From positions 25,465 through 89,464 of the forward strand of contig JBKPNQ010000046.1 of assembly GCA_046732715.1 (NCBI GenBank): a DNA stretch of 64,000 nucleotides, read 5' to 3'. This document shows positions 44,061-53,385 of the stretch, piece after piece (the stretch's first letter is position 1; each line of letters starts with the position of its first letter). A program made the translations under genes and the position numbers. The notes under the pieces were generated by a model. The model had not been told where the DNA came from. It ran no database searches and saw nothing but the letters and a program-made list of their open reading frames with translations. The DNA is from Acidobacteriota bacterium (GTDB lineage: Bacteria > Acidobacteriota > Vicinamibacteria > Vicinamibacterales > 2-12-FULL-66-21).

Positions 44061-44127
44061 GAATTGCTGATTGTTGATTGTTGATTGCCGATTGATCGGA
44101 GGATCAATCAGCAATCAGAAATCAAGA
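44061..44127. repeat. heptamer-phased (GATTGNN) imperfect palindrome filling a convergent gap
   Basis: GAATTGCT GATTGTT GATTGTT GATTGCC GATTGAT CGGA GGATCAATCAGCAATCAGAAATCAAG. It spans from stop 44060 to stop 44128. Confidence 0.7.
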
Positions 44128-45045
44128 TTAATTCGCGACGCTGGCGGCGCGGCTGGCTGATGCCGGCACGGGCGCGCCGGTGAGTTGCCCCTCGGTCGTC
44201 GCGTCAACGAGACGCCAGGCGTCCGATTCCTCCAGGATGCGAGCGGCAAACGCCGTGTGCAGCGCGTGGCCGCCGCGATGCGCGACGAGATGGCCCACGA
44301 CGGGGTGGCCCACGAGCGACAGATCGCCGATCACGTCGAGAATCTTGTGACGGACGAACTCGTCCTCGAATCGCAGCGCGTTATTGAGCACGCCGGTTTC
44401 ACCCAGCACGATCGCGTTGTCGAGCGAGCCGCCGAGCGCCAACCCGCGCTGGCGGAGCATTTCGACTTCCTTCAGGAACCCGAATGTGCGGGCCGGCGCG
44501 ATCTCCTCGACGAAGCTCTCTTCCGTCACCCTCATCGTCCGCGACTGGTGCCGGAGCAGAGGATGATCGAAGCTGATGCTGTAGGTGACCTTGAAGTGGT
44601 CCGACGGATAAAGGGCAATCCGCTTGTCTCCCTGCGTCAGGGAAATCGGGCGGAGCACCTTTAAATATCGTCTCGGCGCCTGAAGCCGTTTCACCCCCGC
44701 TTCGTTGACGAGATACACGAAGGGCGCGGCGCTGCCGTCCATGATCGGCACTTCAGGACTGTTCAACTCGACAATCGCGTTGTCGATGCCGAGCGCGGTC
44801 AGCGCGGCGAGCAGATGCTCGACCGTCTCGACTGACACCGCCTCTCGCGTCAAGCCGGTCTGATACTGAATCCCTCCCAAGTGCGTGACCACGGCGGGGA
44901 TTTCGAGGCCGCCAAGGTCGGCGCGCTGAAAGCGGATGCCGGAATCGGCCGGCGCCGGCTTCAACGAAAGGGTCACTTTGTTGCCGGAATGAAGTCCGAT
45001 TCCGGTGCAGGAGACAGATCGACGAAGGGTACGCTGGGCGCTCAT
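44128..45045 (-). CDS. lpxC: UDP-3-O-acyl-N-acetylglucosamine deacetylase
   Basis: 305 aa. TLRRSVSCTGIGLHSGNKV, TVEHLLAAL, PIMDGSAAPF, HRGGHAL. Confidence 0.95.
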   Translation of the reverse strand: MSAQRTLRRSVSCTGIGLHSGNKVTLSLKPAPADSGIRFQRADLGGLEIPAVVTHLGGIQYQTGLTREAVSVETVEHLLAALTALGIDNAIVELNSPEVPIMDGSAAPFVYLVNEAGVKRLQAPRRYLKVLRPISLTQGDKRIALYPSDHFKVTYSISFDHPLLRHQSRTMRVTEESFVEEIAPARTFGFLKEVEMLRQRGLALGGSLDNAIVLGETGVLNNALRFEDEFVRHKILDVIGDLSLVGHPVVGHLVAHRGGHALHTAFAARILEESDAWRLVDATTEGQLTGAPVPASASRAASVAN

Positions 45046-45316
45046 GACCTCTCTGTTGACCGCTGGGAAAGCCGCCCGGAACTGAGCAAGCCGCCTGCCA
45101 CCCCGTAAGCACAGCTATTCATAGCTGTAAGTTGTTGATCTAAATGTATGTTATTCGATGAATCCGACTGAAAGTACCAGCCGGATACAACAGGATGTGG
45201 CCCGCCAGCCACAACTCTGTCGGTGGAATGTGTGGCTAAATTACCACACGGGAACGGGCTGCTGGACGTCTCCACGTCAACCTCACGAGACACGTCAAAC
45301 CCTTGTTTCCCGGCCA

Positions 45317-48211
45317 CTACGCACGGCGTCGCGACCTCTCCGTCGCCGGGGAAGGCCCGCCGGTGGCCTCTGGGGCGTGGAAGATATCCGCCAGAAAACG
45401 CCCCGTAAAGGATTCTCGGCTTCGTGAGACTTCTTCAGGAGTCCCGGTCGCCACAATTCGACCGCCCCCTTGCCCGCCTTCGGGTCCGAGGTCGATGACG
45501 TAGTCGGCCGACTTGATGACATCCAGGTTGTGTTCGATGATTACAACCGTGTTGCCCTGATCGACAAGCTTGTTCAGCACGTCGAGCAGCTTGTGCGTGT
45601 CTTCGAAGTGCAGCCCGGTCGTCGGCTCGTCGAGGATGTAGAGTGTGCGGCCTGTGCCACGCCTGGAGAGCTCCTTCGCGAGCTTCACCCGCTGCGCCTC
45701 ACCGCCGCTGAGTGTTATGGCTGATTGACCTAATTCGATATATCCCAGGCCGACATCCTGCAGCGTTCGCAGCTTGTTCGCGATCGGCGGGAAGTTCTCG
45801 AGCAGCGGCAACGCTTGATCGACTGTCAAGTCCAGCACGTCCGCAATCGATTTTCCGCGATAGCGAATCTCCAGCGTCTCCCGGTTGTACCGCCGTCCCT
45901 TGCACTGTTCGCACGTCACGTAGACATTCGGCAGGAAGTGCATCTCGATGGCGATGACGCCATCTCCTTGACACGCTTCGCATCGACCACCCTTGACGTT
46001 GAACGAAAACCGGCCGGGCCGGAAGCCGCGCGCCTTGGCGTCGGGCAGCATGGCGAACAGCTCGCGGATGAACGTGAACAGCCCGGTGTAGGTGGAAGGA
46101 TTTGAGCGCGGCGTCCGCCCGATTGGGCTCTGATCGATCTGGATGACTTTGTCGAGCTGGTCGATCCCGTCGATCGACGCGTGGGCACCGGGTTCGTCGG
46201 CCGCCCGGTAAAGAGCACGCGCCAGACTCTTGTACAGAATGTCGTTGATCAGCGTGGACTTTCCCGAGCCGCTCACGCCCGTCACCGTCGTCAGCACACC
46301 AAGCGGTAACGTGACGTCGATGTCCTTGAGGTTGTTCTCGCGCGCGCCCTTGATCACGATCTGACCCCGCGTGGCCGGGCGCCGCGAGGCCGGCGTCTTG
46401 ATCGAGCGCTCGCCGCGAAGGTACGCGCCGGTCAGCGAACCGTGGCCATCGGCCAGCAGATCGGCGGGGGTGCCCTGAAAGATCACGTCGCCGCCGTGCT
46501 CCCCCGCACCGAGACCCAGATCGATGACGTAGTCGGCAGTACGAATCGTTTCCTCGTCGTGCTCCACGACGACAACGGTGTTGCCGAGATCACGGAGCCG
46601 CGCCAGGGTCGACAGCAGCGCGCGGTTGTCGCGTTGATGCAAACCAATGGACGGCTCGTCGAGCACGTAGAGGACACCCGTAAGATTCGAGCCAATCTGC
46701 GTCGCCAGGCGAATGCGCTGCCCTTCGCCGCCGGACAGCGTCGCCGCACTTCGGCCGAGTGTCAGATATCCGACACCGACGTCGTTGAGAAAATGCAGGC
46801 GGTCGCGAATCTCGCGGAGGATCCGGCTCGCGATCAGCGCTTCTCGATCGCTCAGCTCCTGTTCGTCGAAGACGCGAACGGCTTCCGAAACCGGAAGATT
46901 GACGTACTCGGAAATCGTTCGACCCTTCACGCGTACGGCGCGGCTCTGCGCCTTCAACCGTTCTCCGCCGCACGTCGGACACGGACGGAGGGCACGATAG
47001 GGCTCGAGGTTCTCCTGCTCGACCCACGTTCCCTCTTCGTACCGCCGGCGAAGATTTGGCACGAGCCCTTCGAATCCGGCACCAAACGGATCCTTCGCGG
47101 GCTGCCCTTTTCCTTTCTTCGCGCTCGACTCCGTTTCGGTGCGGCGGCCGGCGCCTGGCGCGCCAAACATCAGGATGTCGCGCAGCTTCTTGGGCAGCCG
47201 TCGGAAGGGCAACGCCAGATCGATCCCGAATGTCCGGCTCAGCGACGTGAGTGCCTCGCGAACGAGTTTCTTGTCCCCCTTGACCCAGGGAGCGATCGCG
47301 CCGTCCTGAAGCGACAGGGACTCGTCTGGCACCAGCCGAGCCGGATCGAAATCGTAGACCGCGCCGAGCCCCTGGCACTCGGGGCATGCGCCGTGCGGCG
47401 AGTTGAACGAGAAGGCCCGCGGCGTCATCTCGGGCATGCTGACGCCGCAGTAGGTGCACGCCAGCCGCCGCGAGAACAGCCGATCGCCGCCATCGAGCGT
47501 GTTGATGATCACGATGTCGTCGGCGAGGTTCAGGGCGATCTCGACCGATTCGGTCAAGCGCCGTTCGATCCCCGGCTTCAGGACGAGACGATCCACCACG
47601 ACTTCGATGGTGTGGTTGCGTCGCCGATCGAGTTTGATGTCGTCATCGAGCGCAAGAAGTTGCCCGTCAACCCTGACCTTGGTGAAGCCGCGGGCGCGAA
47701 GAGCGGCCAGTTCCTTCTTGAATTCACCTTTTCGTCCACGGACGATCGGCGCCAGCACGTTCACGCGCTCGTCATTCGGCGACAGCATCACCATATCGAT
47801 GATGCGCTCGAGAGATTGCGACGCGATCGCCCGGCCGCACAGATGACAGTGCGGCATGCCGATGTTGGCAAACAGGAGCCGGAGGTAGTCGTAGATCTCG
47901 GTGACGGTCCCCACGGTCGACCGGGGGTTCGATCCAGTGGTTTTCTGCTCGATAGCGATGGCGGGCGACAGACCGTCGATCAAGTCGACGTCCGGCTTTT
48001 CCATCTGTTCGAGGAACTGGCGGGCATAGGAGGACAGCGATTCGACATACCGCCGCTGGCCCTCGGCGTAGATCGTGTCGAACGCGAGCGAGGATTTACC
48101 CGAACCGGAGAGCCCGGTGATAACGACCAGCTGGTCGCGGGGAAGATCGACGTCGATATTCTTGAGGTTGTGTACGCGGGCGCCGCGTACGGCAATCCAG
48201 TCGTGCGCCAT
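45317..48211 (-). CDS. uvrA: excinuclease ABC subunit A
   Basis: 964 aa. [55 protein letters not shown], and a second ABC domain [10 protein letters not shown]. Confidence 0.98.
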   Translation of the reverse strand: MAHDWIAVRGARVHNLKNIDVDLPRDQLVVITGLSGSGKSSLAFDTIYAEGQRRYVESLSSYARQFLEQMEKPDVDLIDGLSPAIAIEQKTTGSNPRSTVGTVTEIYDYLRLLFANIGMPHCHLCGRAIASQSLERIIDMVMLSPNDERVNVLAPIVRGRKGEFKKELAALRARGFTKVRVDGQLLALDDDIKLDRRRNHTIEVVVDRLVLKPGIERRLTESVEIALNLADDIVIINTLDGGDRLFSRRLACTYCGVSMPEMTPRAFSFNSPHGACPECQGLGAVYDFDPARLVPDESLSLQDGAIAPWVKGDKKLVREALTSLSRTFGIDLALPFRRLPKKLRDILMFGAPGAGRRTETESSAKKGKGQPAKDPFGAGFEGLVPNLRRRYEEGTWVEQENLEPYRALRPCPTCGGERLKAQSRAVRVKGRTISEYVNLPVSEAVRVFDEQELSDREALIASRILREIRDRLHFLNDVGVGYLTLGRSAATLSGGEGQRIRLATQIGSNLTGVLYVLDEPSIGLHQRDNRALLSTLARLRDLGNTVVVVEHDEETIRTADYVIDLGLGAGEHGGDVIFQGTPADLLADGHGSLTGAYLRGERSIKTPASRRPATRGQIVIKGARENNLKDIDVTLPLGVLTTVTGVSGSGKSTLINDILYKSLARALYRAADEPGAHASIDGIDQLDKVIQIDQSPIGRTPRSNPSTYTGLFTFIRELFAMLPDAKARGFRPGRFSFNVKGGRCEACQGDGVIAIEMHFLPNVYVTCEQCKGRRYNRETLEIRYRGKSIADVLDLTVDQALPLLENFPPIANKLRTLQDVGLGYIELGQSAITLSGGEAQRVKLAKELSRRGTGRTLYILDEPTTGLHFEDTHKLLDVLNKLVDQGNTVVIIEHNLDVIKSADYVIDLGPEGGQGGGRIVATGTPEEVSRSRESFTGRFLADIFHAPEATGGPSPATERSRRRA

Positions 48212-48272
48212 GCTTACTGCCTGGAATTTCTATCGAAACCCAAACAGCTAGTTTAGCACTTCGGGCGCGACT

Positions 48273-49757
48273 TCACGCGGAAGTCCGCCTCAGTCCGCTG
48301 TTCTGGAACCCGTAGACGAAATACAACAACAGCCCCACGGCAAGCCATACGCCGAATCGCTCCCACGCATGAGTCGGTAAGCCGATCATGGTGTAAACGC
48401 ACGCAGCGGCGCCCAGAATGGCCACGGGCCACACGAACGGGACTCGAAACGGGCGCGGTCGATCGGGATCTTTGTAGCGAAGGACCAGCACCCCCATGCA
48501 GACGATGGCAAAGGCGGCCAGCGTGCCGATGTTGGTAAGGTCGTAGATTTCGTTCTCATCCATGACCAGGCTGCCGAGAGCGACAACGAGGCCGGTGACG
48601 AGCGTGGTGATGTGAGGTGTTCGATACTTCGGATGAATCCTCGACGCCCAGGCCGGAAGTAGCCCGTCCCGCGCCATCGCCAGAAAAATGCGCGGCTGGC
48701 CGTACTGAAACACGAGCAGCACCGCGCTCAGCGAGACCACTGCGCCGAACGACACGATCCAGCTCGCCGTCGGCATGCCCGCGACCTCCAAGGCCTTTGC
48801 CAGCGGATCCGACGCCTTCAGCTGCTGATACGGCACCAACCCGGTCGCGACAATCCCCACGATAACGTAGATCAGGGTGCAGATCGCCAGGCCTCCGAGG
48901 ATCCCGATCGGCATGTTGCGCTGGGGGTTCTTGGTTTCCTCGGCTGCCGTCGAAATCGCGTCGAAGCCGATGTACGCGAAGAAGACGATGGCAGCGCCTT
49001 GGTGAATGCCCGCCCAGCCATTCGGTGCGAACGGCTTGTAGTTGGCCGGATCGATGTGCATGCCGCCCAGCACGACGAAGAAGCTCAGTACGAGCAGCTT
49101 CACGACAACCATAAGGTTGTTCGCACGCGCGCTCTCGCGGACGCCGATATACAGGAGCCACGTGATCGCCATCACGATCAGGGCGGCCGGAATATTGAGG
49201 AGAACCGGGAGGCCCGCCACGCGCGGCGCTGTCTGGAGCAGCGCGTGCACAGCGGGATCGCTGCTGAGCAGCGCCGTCCGGTATCCGTGCGTCAGCCACA
49301 TCGGCAGAGTGATGCCAAATCCGGAAAGCAGCGACATGAAGTAGCCGCTCCAGGCGATGGCCACGGCGATGTTGCCCACGGCGTACTCGAGGATCAAATC
49401 CCAGCCGATGATCCAGGCAATGAGCTCGCCGAGCGTGGCATACGAATACGCGTATGCGCTGCCCGCCTGCGGAATCATCGCTGCCAGCTCCGCGTAACAG
49501 AGCGCCGCCAGGCCGCAGACAATGCCGAGCAGGATGAAGGAGAAGATCAGCGCGGGCCCGGCCCCGTATCGCACGACCTCGCCGTTCGGGAGCGTCTCGC
49601 CCGCGGCCGCCGTGCCGATGGACGAAAAGATTCCTGCGCCGATCACGGCACCGATGGCCAGCATGATGAGATCGCCGGCGCCGAGCACGCGTTTCAACGT
49701 GTGGGCACCCTCGGGCAGCAGCTCGGAGATCGGTTTGCGCCGGAAAAGTTGGCTCAT
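48273..49757 (-). CDS. APC-superfamily (CAT-like) amino acid permease
   Basis: 494 aa. LKRVLGAGDLIMLAIGAVIGAGIFSSIG, multiple TM segments. Confidence 0.9.
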   Translation of the reverse strand: MSQLFRRKPISELLPEGAHTLKRVLGAGDLIMLAIGAVIGAGIFSSIGTAAAGETLPNGEVVRYGAGPALIFSFILLGIVCGLAALCYAELAAMIPQAGSAYAYSYATLGELIAWIIGWDLILEYAVGNIAVAIAWSGYFMSLLSGFGITLPMWLTHGYRTALLSSDPAVHALLQTAPRVAGLPVLLNIPAALIVMAITWLLYIGVRESARANNLMVVVKLLVLSFFVVLGGMHIDPANYKPFAPNGWAGIHQGAAIVFFAYIGFDAISTAAEETKNPQRNMPIGILGGLAICTLIYVIVGIVATGLVPYQQLKASDPLAKALEVAGMPTASWIVSFGAVVSLSAVLLVFQYGQPRIFLAMARDGLLPAWASRIHPKYRTPHITTLVTGLVVALGSLVMDENEIYDLTNIGTLAAFAIVCMGVLVLRYKDPDRPRPFRVPFVWPVAILGAAACVYTMIGLPTHAWERFGVWLAVGLLLYFVYGFQNSGLRRTSA

Positions 49758-49778
49758 GGACGTGTGTAATCAGACGGC

Positions 49779-49835
49779 CGGGGTCTGACCCCAATACCGG
49801 GGTCTGACCCCAATACTGGGGTCTGACCCCAATGG
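49779..49835. repeat. 3 x 19-nt tandem repeat, each unit holding a GGGG..CCCC mini-palindrome
   Basis: CGGGGTCTGACCCCAATAC at 49779-97 and 49798-816 (identical), and TGGGGTCTGACCCCAATGG at 49817-35. These lie 22-78 nt upstream of the permease start. An adjacent hairpin is GGCACAA-GAG-TTGTGCC (49834-50). Confidence 0.85.
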
Positions 49836-49914
49836 CACAAGAGTTGTGCCGAAGACGCGTGAGGCGATGGGGCCGGCAAGGGAGTGGGAAGCGTATCCGC
49901 GGCAGATTCTGGAA

Positions 49915-50937
49915 TCAAGCGTGGCGTACGGCGGCGGGAGTCCGGTCGAACCGATACACCGTATCGCTCGAGGCGAGCACGAACCCGCCGGTTGGATCGA
50001 ACGCCACGCCGATCAGCGATCCGCCGGACACCAGCTGCTCGGCTTCACCAGGGCGATCCATCGACAGGCGATAGAGGGCGCTCGACCCGGCGATCGCGTC
50101 CACGACATAGAGATCGCCATGATCGTCGAACGCCAGTCCCTGCGGTCGTCCAAAGCCGTCGTGGAACACCTCAACGAGACCGTCCGGCGAAATACGGTAG
50201 ACGCAGTCTCGTGCGCCGAGCGTCGGCGCCGTGACATATAGCCAGCGATCCGGCCCGAACGCCAGATGAAATGCCGCCACGCTCGGCGGAATGCTCGCGA
50301 ACATCGTCGCACGCCCGTCACGGACGCGCAGAATCGATCCCGATCGGTCGCCGACAAACAGCGTCCCGTCTGGGGAGAATGCGATGCCGCAGGCGACCCC
50401 AAGGTCAGAGGCGACGGCGGTGACGTTGCCGGCGCCATCGATCTTGTGGACGCTGCCATCGAAGCGGCTCGACACGTGGAGTGATCCGTCGGGACTGAAG
50501 GCGAGCGACGTCGGGTTGGCAAGATCGGAGACGAACGGCTCCCGCGAGCCGTCCGGCCGTACGATGAAAATCGCAACCGGTCCTTGTTGGCCGCGAGATC
50601 CGCTGAAAGTGACGTAGACATTGCCCGCCGCGTCAATCGCGGGGCTGTCGACCTGGTGAAGTCCCGTCGCCAGGGGCGCGCCGATTTCAACGTACGCCGT
50701 CTCTCCCGCAACCTCGTCAATTCGAATGGACGTATGACCACCGTCAAGTCCGGACGGAACGAGCGCCGTCAACTCGGTGGATGAGGCGGACGTCAGACGG
50801 GCCACGGTGCCGCCGATCGTGACGCGCGGAAGCGCTGGTTCGATCGGCAGACCCGTCCCCTCAATCGTGACGCGACCACCTTCCACGGCCCAGAGAGGGT
50901 GGACCGCGGAAATGCGGGACGAACTGGAAACGGTCAT
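49915..50937 (-). CDS. IPT/TIG domain + NHL/SMP-30-like beta-propeller protein
   Basis: 340 aa. N-term GGRVTIEGTGL...VTIGG..A. Repeated blades: AIDAAGNVYV, LAFSPDGSLHV, IAFSPDGTLFVGD, LAFDDHGDLYVVD. No signal peptide seen. Confidence 0.7.
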   Translation of the reverse strand: MTVSSSSRISAVHPLWAVEGGRVTIEGTGLPIEPALPRVTIGGTVARLTSASSTELTALVPSGLDGGHTSIRIDEVAGETAYVEIGAPLATGLHQVDSPAIDAAGNVYVTFSGSRGQQGPVAIFIVRPDGSREPFVSDLANPTSLAFSPDGSLHVSSRFDGSVHKIDGAGNVTAVASDLGVACGIAFSPDGTLFVGDRSGSILRVRDGRATMFASIPPSVAAFHLAFGPDRWLYVTAPTLGARDCVYRISPDGLVEVFHDGFGRPQGLAFDDHGDLYVVDAIAGSSALYRLSMDRPGEAEQLVSGGSLIGVAFDPTGGFVLASSDTVYRFDRTPAAVRHA

Positions 50938-50993
50938 CGAGTGGCGTTCAGCGGAGAAACCCGAACGTGAGGACGTCGGTGCCAGGATTGGGC

Positions 50994-51527
50994 TCAGCTT
51001 TCGTCGAGCTCCATATTCCAGTAGAAGTAGTCGCGCCAGCTGTCCGGGGCATTCTTGAGACCAACGGTAATCCGGATTGCCGGCGCTCTTTCAGGACGTT
51101 TCGGCACCCGGATCAGGTGCATGCCGGCTTCGGCCGGCGTGCGCCCGCCTTTCTTTCGATTGCAACTGATGCAGCAGGTAACGATGTTTTCCCAATCTTT
51201 GCGGCCGCCCTGGGCGACCGGCACGACATGATCGAAGGTTAGATCCGACGTGGCGAAGACCTCACCGCAATACTGACAGGAATGATCGTCCCTGGCGTAG
51301 ATGTTGGCCCTGGAAAACGGCACGTAGTCGACGTTGCGCTTGATCTTGATGTAGCGCAGCAGGCGAATGACCGACGGCAGCTTGAAGCTGAAGGAAACCG
51401 ACCGCACTTCGCGGTCGTACACAGAAATGACCTCGACCTTCCCCTGGCACCAAAGCGTCATTGCCTTCTGCCAGTGGACGACCTTCAGCGGCTCGTACGT
51501 GGCGTTAAGCAGGAGCGTCTGCTCCAT
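50994..51527 (-). CDS. HNH endonuclease family protein
   Basis: ATG 51527 is preferred, since the longer ORF starts at a TTG. CQYCG...DHVVPVAQGG....NIVTCCISCNRKKG is an HNH/Zn-finger motif. Confidence 0.8.
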   Translation of the reverse strand: MEQTLLLNATYEPLKVVHWQKAMTLWCQGKVEVISVYDREVRSVSFSFKLPSVIRLLRYIKIKRNVDYVPFSRANIYARDDHSCQYCGEVFATSDLTFDHVVPVAQGGRKDWENIVTCCISCNRKKGGRTPAEAGMHLIRVPKRPERAPAIRITVGLKNAPDSWRDYFYWNMELDES

Positions 51528-51778
51528 AAACCTGAGGTCATTGTGCCCGAATGGAGTGCGATGTGTCAAGAACGATTGGCGTGTAACAGGATTGTTTGCA
51601 ACGCTTTAGCCAATTTAACCGACGAAAAACGTGCCGGCCACCTTCGTAGGAAAGGTGCCAGGCACCTTTTTCGACCGTCGGCAGGCCTTCGGCCGACGGA
51701 CCGAGTCTAAACGAGCGCCAGCACGAACCTCAGCGTCGTCGGAGCTGGAGCCTGCCGATAGTAATGTAGGGAAACCCC

Positions 51779-52327
51779 ATGCGTCGTGCCCTGATCGTTC
51801 TCCTGACGTGGACGGCAGCAGCGTGTGCCACCACTGGTGGAGCAATACCGCAACCGTTCCCGGTCCCAGGAAATACCCCGGCGCCGACACCCGCCGCGCC
51901 ACCCGAATCGGTTCCGGCCCCGCCCCCTTCACCACCTTCAGCGGCGTCGAATGGCTATGCGATATCAGGTTCGGCGTTACAGCTCCGCGGCGCGCGTTAC
52001 CGGAATGGCGGTCACGATCCTTCCGGATTCGATTGCAGCGGCTTTGTCTGGTACGTCTTCGATCAGAATGGTGTCCATGTGCCGCGGACTGTCTCGGAGC
52101 AGTTCCGCGCCGGGACCGATATCGATCCTTCGGATCTTCGCGCCGGCGATCTCGTCTTCTTCGACACGGTCAACGGCCCGGCACGACAGGCCGCCACGCA
52201 CGTCGGAATCTCCATCGGCGGAGATGAATTCGTGCACGCCCCGAGCACAACTGGCGAAGTGCGGGTCGAGCGGCTCGGTTCGACATACTGGGCGCCACGG
52301 TTTGTGGGTGCGAGACGGATGCCGTAG
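51779..52327 (+). CDS. NlpC/P60 (C40) cell-wall peptidase lipoprotein
   Basis: 182 aa. LTWTAAAC-A lipobox. A Pro-rich linker. Catalytic FDCSGFVWYVF ... HVGI. Confidence 0.85.
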   Translation: MRRALIVLLTWTAAACATTGGAIPQPFPVPGNTPAPTPAAPPESVPAPPPSPPSAASNGYAISGSALQLRGARYRNGGHDPSGFDCSGFVWYVFDQNGVHVPRTVSEQFRAGTDIDPSDLRAGDLVFFDTVNGPARQAATHVGISIGGDEFVHAPSTTGEVRVERLGSTYWAPRFVGARRMP

Positions 52328-52406
52328 GGATTGCTGTTTTGGATTGCTGATTTTCGATTGTCGGAGTCGCCTTCAATCAGCAACCAGCCAACAACCATCA
52401 GCAATT
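52328..52406. repeat. heptamer-phased (GATTGNN) imperfect palindrome filling a convergent gap
   Basis: GGATTGCT GTTTTG GATTGCT GATTTTC GATTGTC ... CAATCAG CAACCAG CCAACAA CCATCAG CAATTC. It spans from stop 52327 to stop 52407. Confidence 0.65.
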
Positions 52407-53228
52407 CTACGCGGCCCGGTGCTGTCCCTTCCGCGTGAGGCGGCGCGCGCCGCTGTCGGTAAAGTGACGCATGTGGAGATCGTCTTCGGTGTAGATGATC
52501 GGTTGCGTCAGCCGCTTGAGCCGTTCAACCTTCACCATCGGCTCGACCGACGGGATGTCTACCGCCTCCATGTACCGCTGAGGGAATGACGGAAAATTCT
52601 TGAAGGTCGTGGCGACGACGCCGCCGTGGAGCGATGTCAGCGCACCGAAATCGTGCCTGAGGAAATCATAGAGCGCCGGATCCGCTCCGGATCGCAGATA
52701 GCCGTCGACCATCTCCGCGACGTCTTCATAAAAGTGCGGACCGTGTGAGCGGGGAGAATCGGTTCCGTCGGATCGCGATACCCGCCGGATTCCTGATTCG
52801 TCGGGGTCGATGTGATACAGCTCGTGCACGATGGTGTCAAGCTTTGCGAGCCAGCCAGGCGCGGCAGGCGAGTACAGATCCGACTTGCGCGATCGTTCGA
52901 GTGACTGATCGCAGAATCGCGGAAGGACAAAAGAGATGAGGTACTTCACGCGCCGGCCGCCGATGCGCACGACCGGCGATTTGGTGACGAACCACTCCGA
53001 TCGCCGCGTCAGCTGACCCGTGGAACGATCACGCCAGAAGTAATAGCCCGGTTCGCTTTCGGGCAGTGTCAAGCAATGGCATGTCGCGAAAGCTCCCTCC
53101 GCATCCGAACGACCGAAGCGTCCGAACACGATCACTTCCCTGAGATCGATGAATGACAGCCGTGGCGTACGCACGACAATGTCACGCATCAGCAGCGCGA
53201 TGCGCTCAGTGTAGTTAATCATCGACAC
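52407..53228 (-). CDS. hypothetical protein with HExxH motif (putative zinc metallopeptidase-like)
   Basis: 273 aa. LDTIVHELYHIDPDESG. No signal peptide. I do not recognise the family. Confidence 0.55.
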   Translation of the reverse strand: MSMINYTERIALLMRDIVVRTPRLSFIDLREVIVFGRFGRSDAEGAFATCHCLTLPESEPGYYFWRDRSTGQLTRRSEWFVTKSPVVRIGGRRVKYLISFVLPRFCDQSLERSRKSDLYSPAAPGWLAKLDTIVHELYHIDPDESGIRRVSRSDGTDSPRSHGPHFYEDVAEMVDGYLRSGADPALYDFLRHDFGALTSLHGGVVATTFKNFPSFPQRYMEAVDIPSVEPMVKVERLKRLTQPIIYTEDDLHMRHFTDSGARRLTRKGQHRAA

Positions 53229-53385
53229 ACGTCCGCCGAGACACAGGAGTCCCGGCGACGCCCTTGCCGCTTCAGGGGGAGCTATTGAGGCTGAAACGTT
53301 GTGGCGACTATAGGGCTTCGGCTTGGACCTGTCAAGGTGAACAAAAAGCGATTAATGGCCGAGCTGTCTATGTTTACAGAGTTTT

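Noticed and set aside
45264-45296. GACGTCTC / GAGACACGTC motifs upstream of lpxC as sites for the same regulator as the 16990-17008 palindromes
   Set aside because: The shared core is only the pentamer GTCTC/GAGAC, which is expected many times by chance in 64 kb. The spacing and symmetry differ.
49779-49835. Tandem repeat as a mini-CRISPR array
   Set aside because: The units are directly adjacent with no spacers, are only 19 nt long, and no cas genes are present.
51570-51778. Possible cyclic-di-AMP (ydaO-type) riboswitch upstream of the NlpC/P60 gene
   Set aside because: The association with cell-wall hydrolase genes prompted the check. The conserved ydaO blocks as I remember them (GGGGACCCA, GGGGUGAAUC, CCCGAACCCG..CAGCUAACC) are absent. 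Only generic hairpins are present (AAAGGTGCC-A-GGCACCTTT, CCGTCGGC...GCCGACGG).
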